DNA of 64,000 bases from Coriobacteriia bacterium (GCA_007121015.1 SKMN01000012.1:150-64149), one strand, 5' to 3'. Counted from the stretch's first letter, positions 34,740 through 44,027 are shown. Numbers and translations: made by a program. Notes: generated from the letters alone by a model not told the origin.

Positions 34740-34869
34740 ACGGTTCGAGCCTGCGGGTATGTGGTTTTTCCCGGTATTCACAGGTTCGCAATACACAATC
34801 TTCCACAACACGCTACAATACTCGCTTAACAGGTTGCATCAGCAACAGGGTCAGAAAGGGGTTGGAAAT

Positions 34870-36063
34870 ATGTGGCACGAGCGAACACGTAAGATTCTCG
34901 CGTCCACGCTCGCCATCGCGCTCGCGCTCAGCATGCTTGGTCTGGGTGGATGCGGGCCAGCGGACGAGCCGGACGATGAGGACGAGGACGTCGCACGGAC
35001 CGAGACGGTCAAGATCGGCGTACATACGTCGCTGACGGGTGGCCTCGCCGACTACGGCTTCGCCGCGGCTGAGGCGCTCAAGATCGCCGCCGAGGACTTC
35101 TCGGGCTTCGAGGTCGACGGTGTCGTCTACGATATCGAACTCGTCATCCGTGACGACAAAGGTGAGCCGGCCGAGGCTCCCGTCGTCGCCCAGCAGCTCA
35201 TCGATGAGGGCGTCGTTGGCGTCATCGGAACGCTGACCTCTGGCGCGGCCAATGCGGCGCTCCCGATCTACCAGGGTGCCGGCATCCCGATGATCTCGGG
35301 TTCCGCGACCGCTCCCGACCTCACCGAGCAGGGTTACGAGAACTTCTTCCGTACCTGTCTGCGCGATGACGTGCAGGGCGAGGCCCTCGGTCTGTGGGCC
35401 GCAGAGCTTGGCGCCGAGAGGGCCGTCGTCATGGACGATCGCGGTGATTACTCTGTCGCGCTGGGCAACGAGGTCGAGCAGACCCTCGAGGCCGAGGGCG
35501 TCGAGGTACTGCGTCAGTCCGGCCAGGAGGGAGATGTCGACTTCTCCGCTCAGGTCAGCAGCATGATGGCGTTCGATCCCGATGTCGTGATCTTCACCGG
35601 GTACCACCGTGAGGCGGGCCTGCTGTTCAAGCAGCTCCGCGAGGCCGGTTCCGACGCCCAGTTCATGGGCGGCGACGGCATCAAGTCGAACGAGATCGCC
35701 GAGGGCGCTGGTGGCGCCGAGAACGTGGAGGGCACGTACTCGACGTTCGGTGGCTTCGCACAGGAGGGCATGCCCGGTTACACTGAGTTCGCCGCGAGGT
35801 TCGAGCAGGAGACCGGCGTCGAGGCCGGCCCGTACGCTGAGAACAACTACGACGCACTCGGTGCGCTCGTAGAGGCGATCACCACTGCCGGGTCCTTCGA
35901 CGGGGCCGACATCATCGACGCGCTCCACGAGATCACGTATGCGGGCGTCCAGGGCACCCTCTCGTTCGACGAGAAGGGCGATGTGTCCGTTCCGGGTGGC
36001 GCGGGCACCGACCTGATCCCGCGGTTCCAGTTCAGCGACGGGAACTGGGAGTTCATCGGTTAG
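34870..36063 (+). CDS. Branched-chain amino acid ABC transporter substrate-binding lipoprotein (LivJ/K-like)
   Basis: Lipoprotein signal LSMLGLGGC. Type-I periplasmic-binding-protein fold motifs (KIGVHTSLTGGLADYG, VGVIGTLTSG). It lies upstream of livHMGF. Confidence 0.88.
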   Translation: MWHERTRKILASTLAIALALSMLGLGGCGPADEPDDEDEDVARTETVKIGVHTSLTGGLADYGFAAAEALKIAAEDFSGFEVDGVVYDIELVIRDDKGEPAEAPVVAQQLIDEGVVGVIGTLTSGAANAALPIYQGAGIPMISGSATAPDLTEQGYENFFRTCLRDDVQGEALGLWAAELGAERAVVMDDRGDYSVALGNEVEQTLEAEGVEVLRQSGQEGDVDFSAQVSSMMAFDPDVVIFTGYHREAGLLFKQLREAGSDAQFMGGDGIKSNEIAEGAGGAENVEGTYSTFGGFAQEGMPGYTEFAARFEQETGVEAGPYAENNYDALGALVEAITTAGSFDGADIIDALHEITYAGVQGTLSFDEKGDVSVPGGAGTDLIPRFQFSDGNWEFIG

Positions 36064-36087
36064 TCTATCGTTTCAAGCACGCGATAC

Positions 36088-36114
36088 GGGGGCCGGACGA
36101 TACGTCCGGCCCCC
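36088..36114 (+). terminator. Strong hairpin between the binding-protein gene and livH (intra-operon attenuator/terminator)
   Basis: Perfect 12-bp stem GGGGGCCGGACG-ATA-CGTCCGGCCCCC, 25 nt after the stop at 36063. Confidence 0.55.
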
Positions 36115-36203
36115 GGCGTGCGCTCCTCTGGTACAGTGTGTGACACTGAAATGCGAATGTGGACGCCGGTAGCGCATCGGCATGCGTGAATGGAAAGGCT
36201 TCT

Positions 36204-37424
36204 ATGTCCCCAGAGCACATCTTCGGCCTGACGGTCTCTGGCCTGACGGTCGGCATGATCTATGCGCTCATCGCGCTCGGCTACACGATGGTCTACGGTG
36301 TCCTGCAGCTCATCAATTTCGCCCACGGTGAGGTGTTCACGATAGGCGGATACATCGCCGCGAGCACGCTTATCTGGATCGGTGTAGACGCCACTACCCC
36401 GCTTGCGGTCAAGGTGCTCTACTTCACGGTCGCGGTGCTCGTTTCGCTCGTGCTTACTGCGACACTCGGCTGGTTGATCGAACGCGTGGCCTACCGCCCT
36501 CTACGGGGGCAGACGCGCATCATCGCGCTGCTCTCCGCGATCGGCACCTCGATCTTCCTGCAGAACATGATCGTGATCATCTTCGGCCCGCAGCCCATCA
36601 TCATGCCGACGGCGATAGTGCCGACCGGCTTCGTCGAGATCTTCGGGGCGCGCATCCGTATACTGCAGATCGTGATCATCGTCGTGTCGCTCCTTCTCAT
36701 GGGGTTGCTCACGTGGATCGTCAAGGGCACGCGCATCGGCAAGGCGATGCGCGCTACCTCACAGGACCGTGAGGCTGCCGAGATGATGGGCATCGAGACC
36801 AATCTCACGATCTCGTTCACTTTCGTGATGGGTTCCGCGCTCGCTGCTATAGGCGGCTTCCTGGTGGCGATGTACTACGGGTCGCTCCAGTTCAACACCG
36901 GGTTCCTCTACGGGCTCAAGGCCTTCACCGCAGCGGTCCTCGGAGGCATCGGCAACATCCCGGGAGCTGTTGTCGGCGCGCTCATCCTAGGCCTTGCCGA
37001 GAACTGGGGCGTAGGACTTTCGCTGGGCGTTCTCGCGTGGCTATTGGTCGCAGGGCTCGGCCTCGGGCTCTACTTCCAACTGGTGCGGGCCCCTCGGCAA
37101 CGCATCTCTCACATAGCCGATGAGTTCCGCACGCCGGCATATGAGCGCCAGGTGCGCAACGTCTACCGGTTCGCCCCGGTCCTCGCCGTGAGGACGTTGC
37201 TCTCGGAGCGTACGGACGCTCTCGTTCACGTGTCTGCGCAGCACGCGCTGCGTCTCATGGTGGGCAACATCATCATATTCGGGCTCGCGATCGTCTTCTT
37301 CGCGAGCGGCGATATGCAATTCGCATCGAAGTGGCAACACGTCATCTCGTTCGTCGTGCTCATGGCGATACTCATGTTTCGGCCGTCGGGCATCCTCGGC
37401 GAGAACATCCAGGAGAAGGTGTAG
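36204..37424 (+). CDS. livH: Branched-chain amino acid ABC permease LivH, with an insertion of about 100 aa near the C-terminus
   Basis: VGMIYALIALGYTMVYGVLQLINFAHGEV at the N-terminus, and LMFRPSGILG at the C-terminus. It is 406 aa against about 300 aa for typical LivH. Confidence 0.88.
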   Translation: MSPEHIFGLTVSGLTVGMIYALIALGYTMVYGVLQLINFAHGEVFTIGGYIAASTLIWIGVDATTPLAVKVLYFTVAVLVSLVLTATLGWLIERVAYRPLRGQTRIIALLSAIGTSIFLQNMIVIIFGPQPIIMPTAIVPTGFVEIFGARIRILQIVIIVVSLLLMGLLTWIVKGTRIGKAMRATSQDREAAEMMGIETNLTISFTFVMGSALAAIGGFLVAMYYGSLQFNTGFLYGLKAFTAAVLGGIGNIPGAVVGALILGLAENWGVGLSLGVLAWLLVAGLGLGLYFQLVRAPRQRISHIADEFRTPAYERQVRNVYRFAPVLAVRTLLSERTDALVHVSAQHALRLMVGNIIIFGLAIVFFASGDMQFASKWQHVISFVVLMAILMFRPSGILGENIQEKV

Positions 37425-37426
37425 CC

Positions 37427-38569
37427 ATGGCAGCGATCACGGCACGCATCTCCAGCTTCTTCGGGCGCGTACCGCGCTGGGTCTACATCGTCGCAGTGCT
37501 CGCCTTCGCGATCGCGTTCCCGATGCTCGAGTACTTCGGCCTCATGCAGACCCTCTGGCTCAGGGTCGGCACCCGGGCGCTCGTCTACGTGCTCCTGGCG
37601 GTCGGACTCAACCTCGTGCTCGGCGAGACGGGCCTGCTCCACCTCGGATACGTCGCGTTCTTCGCCGTTGGGGCGTACACCACGGCGATCCTGTCCTCCC
37701 CGCGCTTCGACATACAGTGGAACTTCTGGGTGATCATCGCGATCGCCATGGGTCTCGCGATGCTGTTCGGGTTCCTCATCGGCGTGCCGACGTTACGGTT
37801 GCGCGGCGACTACCTGGCCATCGTCACGCTCGCGTTCGGCGAGATCACCCGGATGACGCTCAACAACTGGGAAGGTCTCACGAACGGTCCGGGTGGCATC
37901 CCGGGCATCTACCCGCCACAGATATTCGGCTGGACCGTGGATTCACCCGCCGAGTTCTTCTACTTGCTCCTTGTCACAGTGGTGATAGTCGTGTGGTTGC
38001 TCAACAACCTCAAGAACTCGCGGATCGGCCGCGCGTGGAACGCCTTGCGCGAGGACGAGATCGCGGCACACCACGCGGGTGTGGGACCCACGCGGGCGAA
38101 GATGCTCGCCGTAGTCATGAGCTCGGGCATCGCGGGCCTTGCCGGGGCGATCTTCGCCTACTATCAGCAGTTCATCAATCCCACGTACTTCCTGTTCATG
38201 CAGTCGGTGATCGTGGTCTCGATGGTCGTCATCGGTGGAATGGGTTCGATACCCGGCGCCATACTGGGCGCGGTCGTACTCGATACGACGCCGGAGATCA
38301 TCCGGCAGACGTTCACATCGTGGCTGCCAGCCGCCATCGGACCCGACTTCCTGCCCGGTGTGCAGGCGGCGATGCAGACGGAGTTCGACCGGTACAGGAT
38401 GGCGATATTCGGACTCGTGATCGTGCTCATGGTCGTCTTCAGACCCGAAGGCCTGCTTCCCAACAAGCTGTGGCGCCGAGAGATGCACGAAGAAGACCCG
38501 CGCGAGCTCGAGAAGACGGGCCAGCACCTCTTCGACTTCGAAGAGGGCACGCAGGACCTGGAGGTGTAG
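37427..38569 (+). CDS. livM: Branched-chain amino acid ABC permease LivM
   Basis: LNLVLGETGLLHLGYVAFFAVGAY and TLAFGEI motifs. ATG 37427 lies 3 nt after the livH stop. Confidence 0.88.
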   Translation: MAAITARISSFFGRVPRWVYIVAVLAFAIAFPMLEYFGLMQTLWLRVGTRALVYVLLAVGLNLVLGETGLLHLGYVAFFAVGAYTTAILSSPRFDIQWNFWVIIAIAMGLAMLFGFLIGVPTLRLRGDYLAIVTLAFGEITRMTLNNWEGLTNGPGGIPGIYPPQIFGWTVDSPAEFFYLLLVTVVIVVWLLNNLKNSRIGRAWNALREDEIAAHHAGVGPTRAKMLAVVMSSGIAGLAGAIFAYYQQFINPTYFLFMQSVIVVSMVVIGGMGSIPGAILGAVVLDTTPEIIRQTFTSWLPAAIGPDFLPGVQAAMQTEFDRYRMAIFGLVIVLMVVFRPEGLLPNKLWRREMHEEDPRELEKTGQHLFDFEEGTQDLEV

Positions 38570-38572
38570 ACG

Positions 38573-39364
38573 GTGGCAGAAGTGATCCTCGAGGTACGCT
38601 CCGCCACCAAGAACTTCGGCGGTCTCAAGGCGGTCAACAACCTTTCGTTCGATCTCCACAAGGGCGAGATCGTCTCGCTCATCGGTCCGAACGGTAGCGG
38701 AAAGACCACCACGTTCAATCTGATCACCGGGCTCTACGAGCCCGACTCCGGCGACATCCTCATGCAGGGTGAGTCGATCGCGGGCCTCAAGCCCGGTCAG
38801 ATCTACGCACGCGGCATCTCACGCACATTCCAGATGCTCCGGCTATTCTCCAACATGAGCGTCCTCGAGAACGTGCTCGTCGGCATGCACGGGCGGACCA
38901 AGGCCAACGTCATCGACTGCATGTTCCGCACGCCGAGGATGCGTCGCGAGGAGGAGGCTTCGATCGTCCGCGCACGGGAGATCCTCGCGATGTTCCCGGG
39001 ACGCTTCCCGCTCGCGCGGCACACGCAGCCGGCTGCTTCGTTGTCCTACGCCAACCGGCGTCGTCTCGAGATCGCTCGCGCGCTCGCCGGCGAGCCGAGG
39101 CTACTGTTGCTCGACGAGCCGGTCGCTGGCATGAACCCTGCTGAATCGATGGAGGTCATGCGCCAGATCCGTGACCTGCGAGATGCTGGATACACCATCC
39201 TCATGATCGAGCACGACATGAACGTCATCATGGGCGCATCGGATCGCGTGATCGCGATGGACCACGGCATCAAGATCGCCGAGGGCGCGCCCGTCGATGT
39301 AGCGAACGACCCGGCCGTTGTGGAGGCATACCTTGGTAGACGAGGCGCGGACACCGCTTCTTGA
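38573..39364 (+). CDS. livG: Branched-chain amino acid ABC transporter ATP-binding protein LivG
   Basis: Walker A GPNGSGKTT, LSYANRRRLEIARAL and Walker B LLLLDEP. GGAGG lies 8 nt upstream of the GTG. Confidence 0.92.
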   Translation: MAEVILEVRSATKNFGGLKAVNNLSFDLHKGEIVSLIGPNGSGKTTTFNLITGLYEPDSGDILMQGESIAGLKPGQIYARGISRTFQMLRLFSNMSVLENVLVGMHGRTKANVIDCMFRTPRMRREEEASIVRAREILAMFPGRFPLARHTQPAASLSYANRRRLEIARALAGEPRLLLLDEPVAGMNPAESMEVMRQIRDLRDAGYTILMIEHDMNVIMGASDRVIAMDHGIKIAEGAPVDVANDPAVVEAYLGRRGADTAS

Positions 39365-40061
39365 GTTCAGGGGCGTCAACACGCACTACGGACGCATCCC
39401 GGTCCTCAAAGACGTCAACTACAAAGTGCAACCAGGCGAGATCGTGTGCCTGCTCGGCGGCAACGCCTCGGGTAAGTCGACGACCATGAAGACGATCCTC
39501 GGCATCGTCAAGCCCACCACGGGCGAGGTGATCTTCGAGGGTAAGGTCATCAACAACCTGCGTACCGCAGAGCGCATCAAGCTCGGGATCGCGACCGTGC
39601 CCGAGAACCGGCGCCTCTTCCCCCACCTGACGGTGCTCGAGAACCTCGAGATGGGTGCGTACACGAGGCGCGATGCCGATGCCATCGCCGAGGACCTCGA
39701 GAAGGTCTACCAGGTCTACCCGCGCGTCTACGAGCGTAGGACGCAGCGTGCCGGCACCCTCTCCGGAGGCGAGCAGCAGATGGTGGCGTTCGGGCGGGCG
39801 CTCATGAGCCGCCCGCGCCTCATCATCATGGACGAGCCCTCGATGGGGCTTGCGCCCGCTCTCGTCGACCAGTCATTCGACACGATCGCCGAGATCAACA
39901 AGCAGGGGGTCGCGGTGTTCGTCGTCGAGCAGAACGCGACAGCCGCTCTCTCGATCGCCGACAGGGGCTACGTCCTGCAGAATGGCACCGTCGTGCTCGA
40001 GGGGAGCGCGCGCGAGATGCTCGAGAACGAGGAGCTCAAGCGGGCGTACCTCGGCGGGTAG
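39333..40061 (+). CDS. livF: Branched-chain amino acid ABC transporter ATP-binding protein LivF
   Basis: Walker A GGNASGKST, LSGGEQQM and Walker B LIIMDEPS. TTG 39333 lies 6 nt after GGAGG; the ORF-track start is 39318. Confidence 0.9.
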   Translation: MVDEARTPLLEFRGVNTHYGRIPVLKDVNYKVQPGEIVCLLGGNASGKSTTMKTILGIVKPTTGEVIFEGKVINNLRTAERIKLGIATVPENRRLFPHLTVLENLEMGAYTRRDADAIAEDLEKVYQVYPRVYERRTQRAGTLSGGEQQMVAFGRALMSRPRLIIMDEPSMGLAPALVDQSFDTIAEINKQGVAVFVVEQNATAALSIADRGYVLQNGTVVLEGSAREMLENEELKRAYLGG

Positions 40062-40085
40062 GGTCGAGCGCGGACATCGACGGCG

Positions 40086-40787
40086 TCACGGTCTCCCGAT
40101 CGGCAGGATGTAGAGCGGCTCCTCTTCGGCGGGCAACTCGAGTAACGCAGCCACAGGGTCGTCGCGGAACGCTCCGACCGGCACCGTCCCCAATCCCAGT
40201 GAGACCGCCTGGAGCGCGAGGTTCTGGGCGGCGTGCCCGGCTTCCATGTGCACGTAGCGTTCCGCACGGTCCCCGTACCGCTGTTCGGTACGCGCGTACG
40301 CGCAGGCGATGACGATACTCGCCGGCGCCTCAGCGATGAAGCTTTGCGAGAGTGCCGCAGCAGCGAGGTCGTTTCGGACGTCCCCGGCCCCGGTCTGGGC
40401 GAGGCGGTGCGTTCGCGGGTCGTAGCGGTAGATGCCCGCCGTAAGGCCGCTCACGTCACCGGCGACCAGATACGTCTCGAGCGGATACGTGGCTCCGGCC
40501 GAGGGGGCGGTGCGCAGGCCCCGCGATGTGTCGGTCACACCCTGGGTCGCCCACAACAGTTGGGCCACGTCCTCCAGACGCAGCGGCTCCGCGCCGAACG
40601 ATCGCAGCGATCGTCGTCCCACGATGGCTTCCTCGAGTGACGCTCGACCGGTGTGCGCCGCCTCAGGGAGGACCACTTCTTGCACCGCGTCTTCATCGGT
40701 CGCGGGAATAGCGCCGTCTCCGGGCTCGACCGGCACGCATGCCACGAGACCGAAGCCACAGACGGGCAGTACCAGCCCGAGCATCAT
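40086..40787 (-). CDS. SagB-type/nitroreductase-family protein with a lipoprotein-like signal
   Basis: RRSLRSFG...LLWATQGV...RTAPSAGATYPLETY...GIYRYDP (SagB-type dehydrogenase domain). N-terminus MMLGLVLPVCGFGLVAC. Confidence 0.7.
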   Translation of the reverse strand: MMLGLVLPVCGFGLVACVPVEPGDGAIPATDEDAVQEVVLPEAAHTGRASLEEAIVGRRSLRSFGAEPLRLEDVAQLLWATQGVTDTSRGLRTAPSAGATYPLETYLVAGDVSGLTAGIYRYDPRTHRLAQTGAGDVRNDLAAAALSQSFIAEAPASIVIACAYARTEQRYGDRAERYVHMEAGHAAQNLALQAVSLGLGTVPVGAFRDDPVAALLELPAEEEPLYILPIGRP

Positions 40788-40902
40788 GGAGCGTGACACG
40801 CGACCACCTCCTGCTGTTTCGCGTGCACCGTGGACTTGCATTATCCGCAGTGCTCATACGATCAAGCTTCCCGGGAAACGGGGGTCTGAACCGATTGTGC
40901 GC

Positions 40903-41232
40903 TTACCCCACGAAAGCTTGGCCCACCCACAGTACCGCCATACCGCCGAGCATCGTCGCCATCACGCTCTTCGTTCGCACCGCTATGAGCAGCGCGATGC
41001 AAGCCGCCACCACACGTACCGGCGCGAACTCGTAGTCGCCGTCTGCGCGCACGTACAGCGAGCCGGGCACTACGAGTGCGGTCAGCGCCGCTGCCGGGAC
41101 GTACCGCAAGAACCGGTCGACCCACGGCGGCATGAACGAGCGTCCGTGGAGCCACAGCGGGATGCTGCGCATGAGGAACGTGCCTGCGGCGAGGACCACG
41201 ATCACCGCCCAGAAGCCAGCCACCTCATTCAC
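40903..41232 (-). CDS. azlD: Branched-chain amino acid transport protein AzlD
   Basis: Small 4-TM protein (GTFLMRSIPLWL...). GTGAATGA overlap with the azlC stop. Confidence 0.75.
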   Translation of the reverse strand: MNEVAGFWAVIVVLAAGTFLMRSIPLWLHGRSFMPPWVDRFLRYVPAAALTALVVPGSLYVRADGDYEFAPVRVVAACIALLIAVRTKSVMATMLGGMAVLWVGQAFVG

Positions 41233-41974
41233 GTCCCGCCACCGCCTCGGCGCCTGCCTCGTGGTGGCGGAGTGCACCCCAACCCATACCGGCGGCTATC
41301 GCGGCCAGTAGTCCCGTCTGCATCGGCAATGTCGGTACGAGTAGCGCAGCGGCAAACGCGGTCACCAGTGCGACCTCGACATCGGTACGTCGCTTGAGCG
41401 CGGGGACGAGCATCGCAAGGAAGACGAGCGGGACGGTGAAGTCGAGCGACCACTCGGGAGGGACGAACGAACCCGCGAGCGCCCCGACGATGTTCGAGAC
41501 CTGCCACAGCGACGCGAGGATGAGCCACGAGCCGACGTAGTACGGAACCACGTCGACGTCGGTACGGAACCGCCCTCGTGTCATGGTCACCGCGTAGGAT
41601 TGGTCCACAAGCGGATGGCCGAGGAGGACCCGGCCGCGGCGGCTCGTGTGCGGCACGACGACCGGCGCGAACGACGCCGCGTAGATGAGCATACGCGCGT
41701 TGATGACGAGCGCGGTGCCGATGGCGATCCACAGCGGTGCGCCCTCGGCGAAAAGTGCCGTCGCGGCGATTTGGGATGCACCGGCGTTCACCAGCAGCGA
41801 CATCCCCACCGCCTCGATCAACCCGAAGCCGGCCTCGACGACGGCCGCGCCCGCTACGAGACCGAACGGGACGATGCCGAGGATGATCGGGGAGACATCC
41901 TTGGCTCCCGCGAGCATGCTCCGCACGGTGCGGGCACGGCCGGGGGCGGCGTGTGCGGCAGTCCGATCGGGCAT
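41225..41974 (-). CDS. azlC: AzlC-family branched-chain amino acid permease component
   Basis: ILGIVPFGLVAGA...LLVNAGASQ...GHPLVDQSYA, a pattern typical of AzlC; paired with azlD. Confidence 0.8.
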   Translation of the reverse strand: MPDRTAAHAAPGRARTVRSMLAGAKDVSPIILGIVPFGLVAGAAVVEAGFGLIEAVGMSLLVNAGASQIAATALFAEGAPLWIAIGTALVINARMLIYAASFAPVVVPHTSRRGRVLLGHPLVDQSYAVTMTRGRFRTDVDVVPYYVGSWLILASLWQVSNIVGALAGSFVPPEWSLDFTVPLVFLAMLVPALKRRTDVEVALVTAFAAALLVPTLPMQTGLLAAIAAGMGWGALRHHEAGAEAVAGRE

Positions 41975-42097
41975 ACGTCAGGCCACTCCTCGGCAGTTCG
42001 GGTTCAGCGGATGTGGTTCACGTCTCGCCGAGGCATGAGATCCGAGCGAGGCGCCGTCTCGGCCGCCGACCACGGCGGCGATCATCGAACTGTACGC

Positions 42098-42559
42098 CTA
42101 TCGTGTTGTGAGACTCAATATGTTGCCCTCGGAATCCTTGAACCAGGCGATCTTCATGTCGCCGAACGAGGCCACACCCGCCTCGGTCTTAAGACCGATC
42201 TCAGGTATGTCGTACTCCTCGAACTCGACACCGCCGCTGCGCAGGTCGTCCATGGCGGTATCGATGTCGTCTACGGAGAATCCGAGTGTCGTGTTCTCCG
42301 GCGCCGGCATGCCCGGGCGCTCGTAGAGCAGGATCGTCGATCCGTCGTCGGTCTTCGCGACACCTTGGCGCGTCGGATCACCCGGGATGTCTTCGACATC
42401 GAGGCCGAGAACCTCCGAATAGAATCGTCGTGCGCGGTCGTAGTTATCCACTTTCAGTACCGCGCTCGCGGTCGCCCCTGCCAGTCCTCCCACTGCGATC
42501 ACCCCTCCCGTGCTCCGCCCCACCGAGGAACGGAGTTCGACATGCGTATGACAGTCCAT
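42098..42559 (-). CDS. VOC (glyoxalase/bleomycin-resistance) family protein
   Basis: VDNYDRARRFYSEVLGL...GFSVDDIDTAMDDLRSGGVEF...AWFKDSEGNILSL. The start is uncertain. The long upstream part of ORF 42098..43006 is antisense to the cupredoxin gene and is not coding. Confidence 0.7.
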   Translation of the reverse strand: MDCHTHVELRSSVGRSTGGVIAVGGLAGATASAVLKVDNYDRARRFYSEVLGLDVEDIPGDPTRQGVAKTDDGSTILLYERPGMPAPENTTLGFSVDDIDTAMDDLRSGGVEFEEYDIPEIGLKTEAGVASFGDMKIAWFKDSEGNILSLTTR

Positions 42560-42673
42560 ACCCACATGGAGCGCAGGTGTCGCAGGAGGCCGAGTCGAAG
42601 ATGTGTTTCCGGCGAAACCGGGAGGACGGTCCGAGATATTGGGTACCTGTACCTTACGGCCGTAGTGCGTGGC

Positions 42674-43039
42674 ATGAAACGGGTGATCGCTATGAAGCTC
42701 ACTTCTATTATCATCGTCGCACTCGTGGGGGCCGTGTTGCTGCTTCCCCTCGGGTGCGCTCCCGACGCAGACATCGACGTCGAGGACGTGGTCCCGGGTG
42801 ATGTCACGGTCGGGATGGCGGGATCGACGTTCCAGCCCTCGAACGTGACCATCACGGTGGGAGAGAGTGTGACGTGGGCGAATGACGACGCGGTGATCCA
42901 TACCGTGGTCGGCGAAACGTTCAGCAGCGGGAATATCGCTCCGGGAGCTACATTCACGCACACCTTCGATGAGCCCGGTATCTACGAGTACGAGTGTACG
43001 ATCCACCCTGGGATGATAGGTACCGTCACCGTCGAGTGA
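42674..43039 (+). CDS. Cupredoxin (plastocyanin/amicyanin-like blue copper) lipoprotein
   Basis: Lipobox LLPLGC. Type-1 copper ligands H (AVIHTV) and C-x2-H-x2-M (YECTIHPGM). Alternative start at ATG 42692. Confidence 0.8.
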   Translation: MKRVIAMKLTSIIIVALVGAVLLLPLGCAPDADIDVEDVVPGDVTVGMAGSTFQPSNVTITVGESVTWANDDAVIHTVVGETFSSGNIAPGATFTHTFDEPGIYEYECTIHPGMIGTVTVE

Positions 43040-43123
43040 TGCCGTGCGAGGCCGCCCAAGAAGCGGACTTGGGCATCGCTCTGCTCAGGAATGCGTGCTC
43101 CGATCGTGAAGGGAGGTGCAACT

Positions 43124-43408
43124 ATGGCGAAGGTACTAGAGGGCCACGTGCTGACCTGTTCGGCACTCGACTGCTCGTACAACGATGAGCGCTGCTGCAG
43201 CGCTCCGAACGTCGAGGTGGGCTCCGACCACCCCAAGTGCGACATGTACACGACAGCTCCGGTGGAGCGCTCGTCGATCGAGCCGATGATCTCAGGATGC
43301 GCGATCAGCGAATGCGCGTTCAACACATCGGACGACTGCCGCGCAGCGGCCGTGACGATGATGCCGCACAGCGGGCATGCGGACTGCGGCACGTTCCGTA
43401 CCGCGTGA
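43124..43408 (+). CDS. DUF1540 domain protein (two Cys-rich repeats)
   Basis: Two repeats of C..(L/I).C.(Y/F)N....C.A..V... (VLTCSALDCSYNDERCCSAPNVEV and ISGCAISECAFNTSDDCRAAAVTM). GGGAGG lies upstream of ATG 43124. Confidence 0.7.
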   Translation: MAKVLEGHVLTCSALDCSYNDERCCSAPNVEVGSDHPKCDMYTTAPVERSSIEPMISGCAISECAFNTSDDCRAAAVTMMPHSGHADCGTFRTA

Positions 43409-43537
43409 TGAGGGACGTGGATGACGTCCGGGGCGGGGTCGCACGCTGTCTGCTGGCGTCCGGTCCCGCCGTTCGCGGACGAGGCTTCCCTTCAATGGCC
43501 ACGTCCTGCAGAAGGCACGACGAAAGGTCTGATCGAC

Positions 43538-43846
43538 ATGGGTGTCGCGAAGCGCAGTGGGCGGGAGGAGCGGGACTCCTCTCGCCGGGGCCACGGCGAT
43601 GCGCGCAAGCGGCCACAAGGGCGCGGCGAGACGGACGAACCGGGCGCGCAGGACGAGATATGCGCCGATGAGGTCGAGCCGGACCGTCCCGCGACCCCGG
43701 ATGCCCTCGAGGGCTCGACGTTGAGCGTCGGGGCAGCGGTCGCGGGAGTGATGCCGGTAGGAGAGGACCGCCCGGCACGACCCGAGCCGGACGAACGCGA
43801 CATCGACGCGCCGGTGAAGCCCCCGCCTCGGTCGTGCGGCTCGTGA
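43538..43846 (+). CDS. Hypothetical highly charged, probably disordered protein
   Basis: Strong G/C bias at the third codon position in this frame. 102 aa rich in R/E/D/G. No recognisable domain. Confidence 0.3.
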   Translation: MGVAKRSGREERDSSRRGHGDARKRPQGRGETDEPGAQDEICADEVEPDRPATPDALEGSTLSVGAAVAGVMPVGEDRPARPEPDERDIDAPVKPPPRSCGS

Positions 43847-43925
43847 TTCTCGGAAACACACTCACGTGGACACGGCCGGTCTGGAGGGAGCGTCTTGACA
43901 CCCTCGTCGCGAGTGGAGAGTGACC

Positions 43926-44018
43926 TCACATCGTGCGCACGAGCGCCACGCCTAACGAGACGGCGAGGACTAGAGTGACGGTCGCCACGACCAGCATGTC
44001 CGCGTAACGGTGGCGCAT
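43926..44018 (-). CDS. Small hydrophobic peptide (30 aa) translationally coupled to the NOX-like gene
   Basis: Not in the ORF track because it is under 60 aa. TAA-GGGGGCCCG-ATG junction after the stop at 44028. It encodes MRHRYADMLVVATVTLVLAVSLGVALVRTM, a single TM helix. Confidence 0.35.
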   Translation of the reverse strand: MRHRYADMLVVATVTLVLAVSLGVALVRTM

Positions 44019-44027
44019 CGGGCCCCC

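Noticed and set aside
34735-34765. A GGTTCGAGCC string resembling a tRNA T-arm just after ccdA.
   Set aside because: The flanking bases cannot form the 5-bp T-stem, and the 70 nt upstream are ccdA coding sequence. It is not a tRNA.
41600-42673. The long upstream part of ORF 41600..43039 (479 aa), and the N-terminal half of the antisense ORF 42098..43006.
   Set aside because: Only the last ~120 codons (cupredoxin) and the last ~150 codons on the other strand (VOC protein) show protein-like sequence. The rest overlaps azlC or the partner gene and looks like shadow frame.
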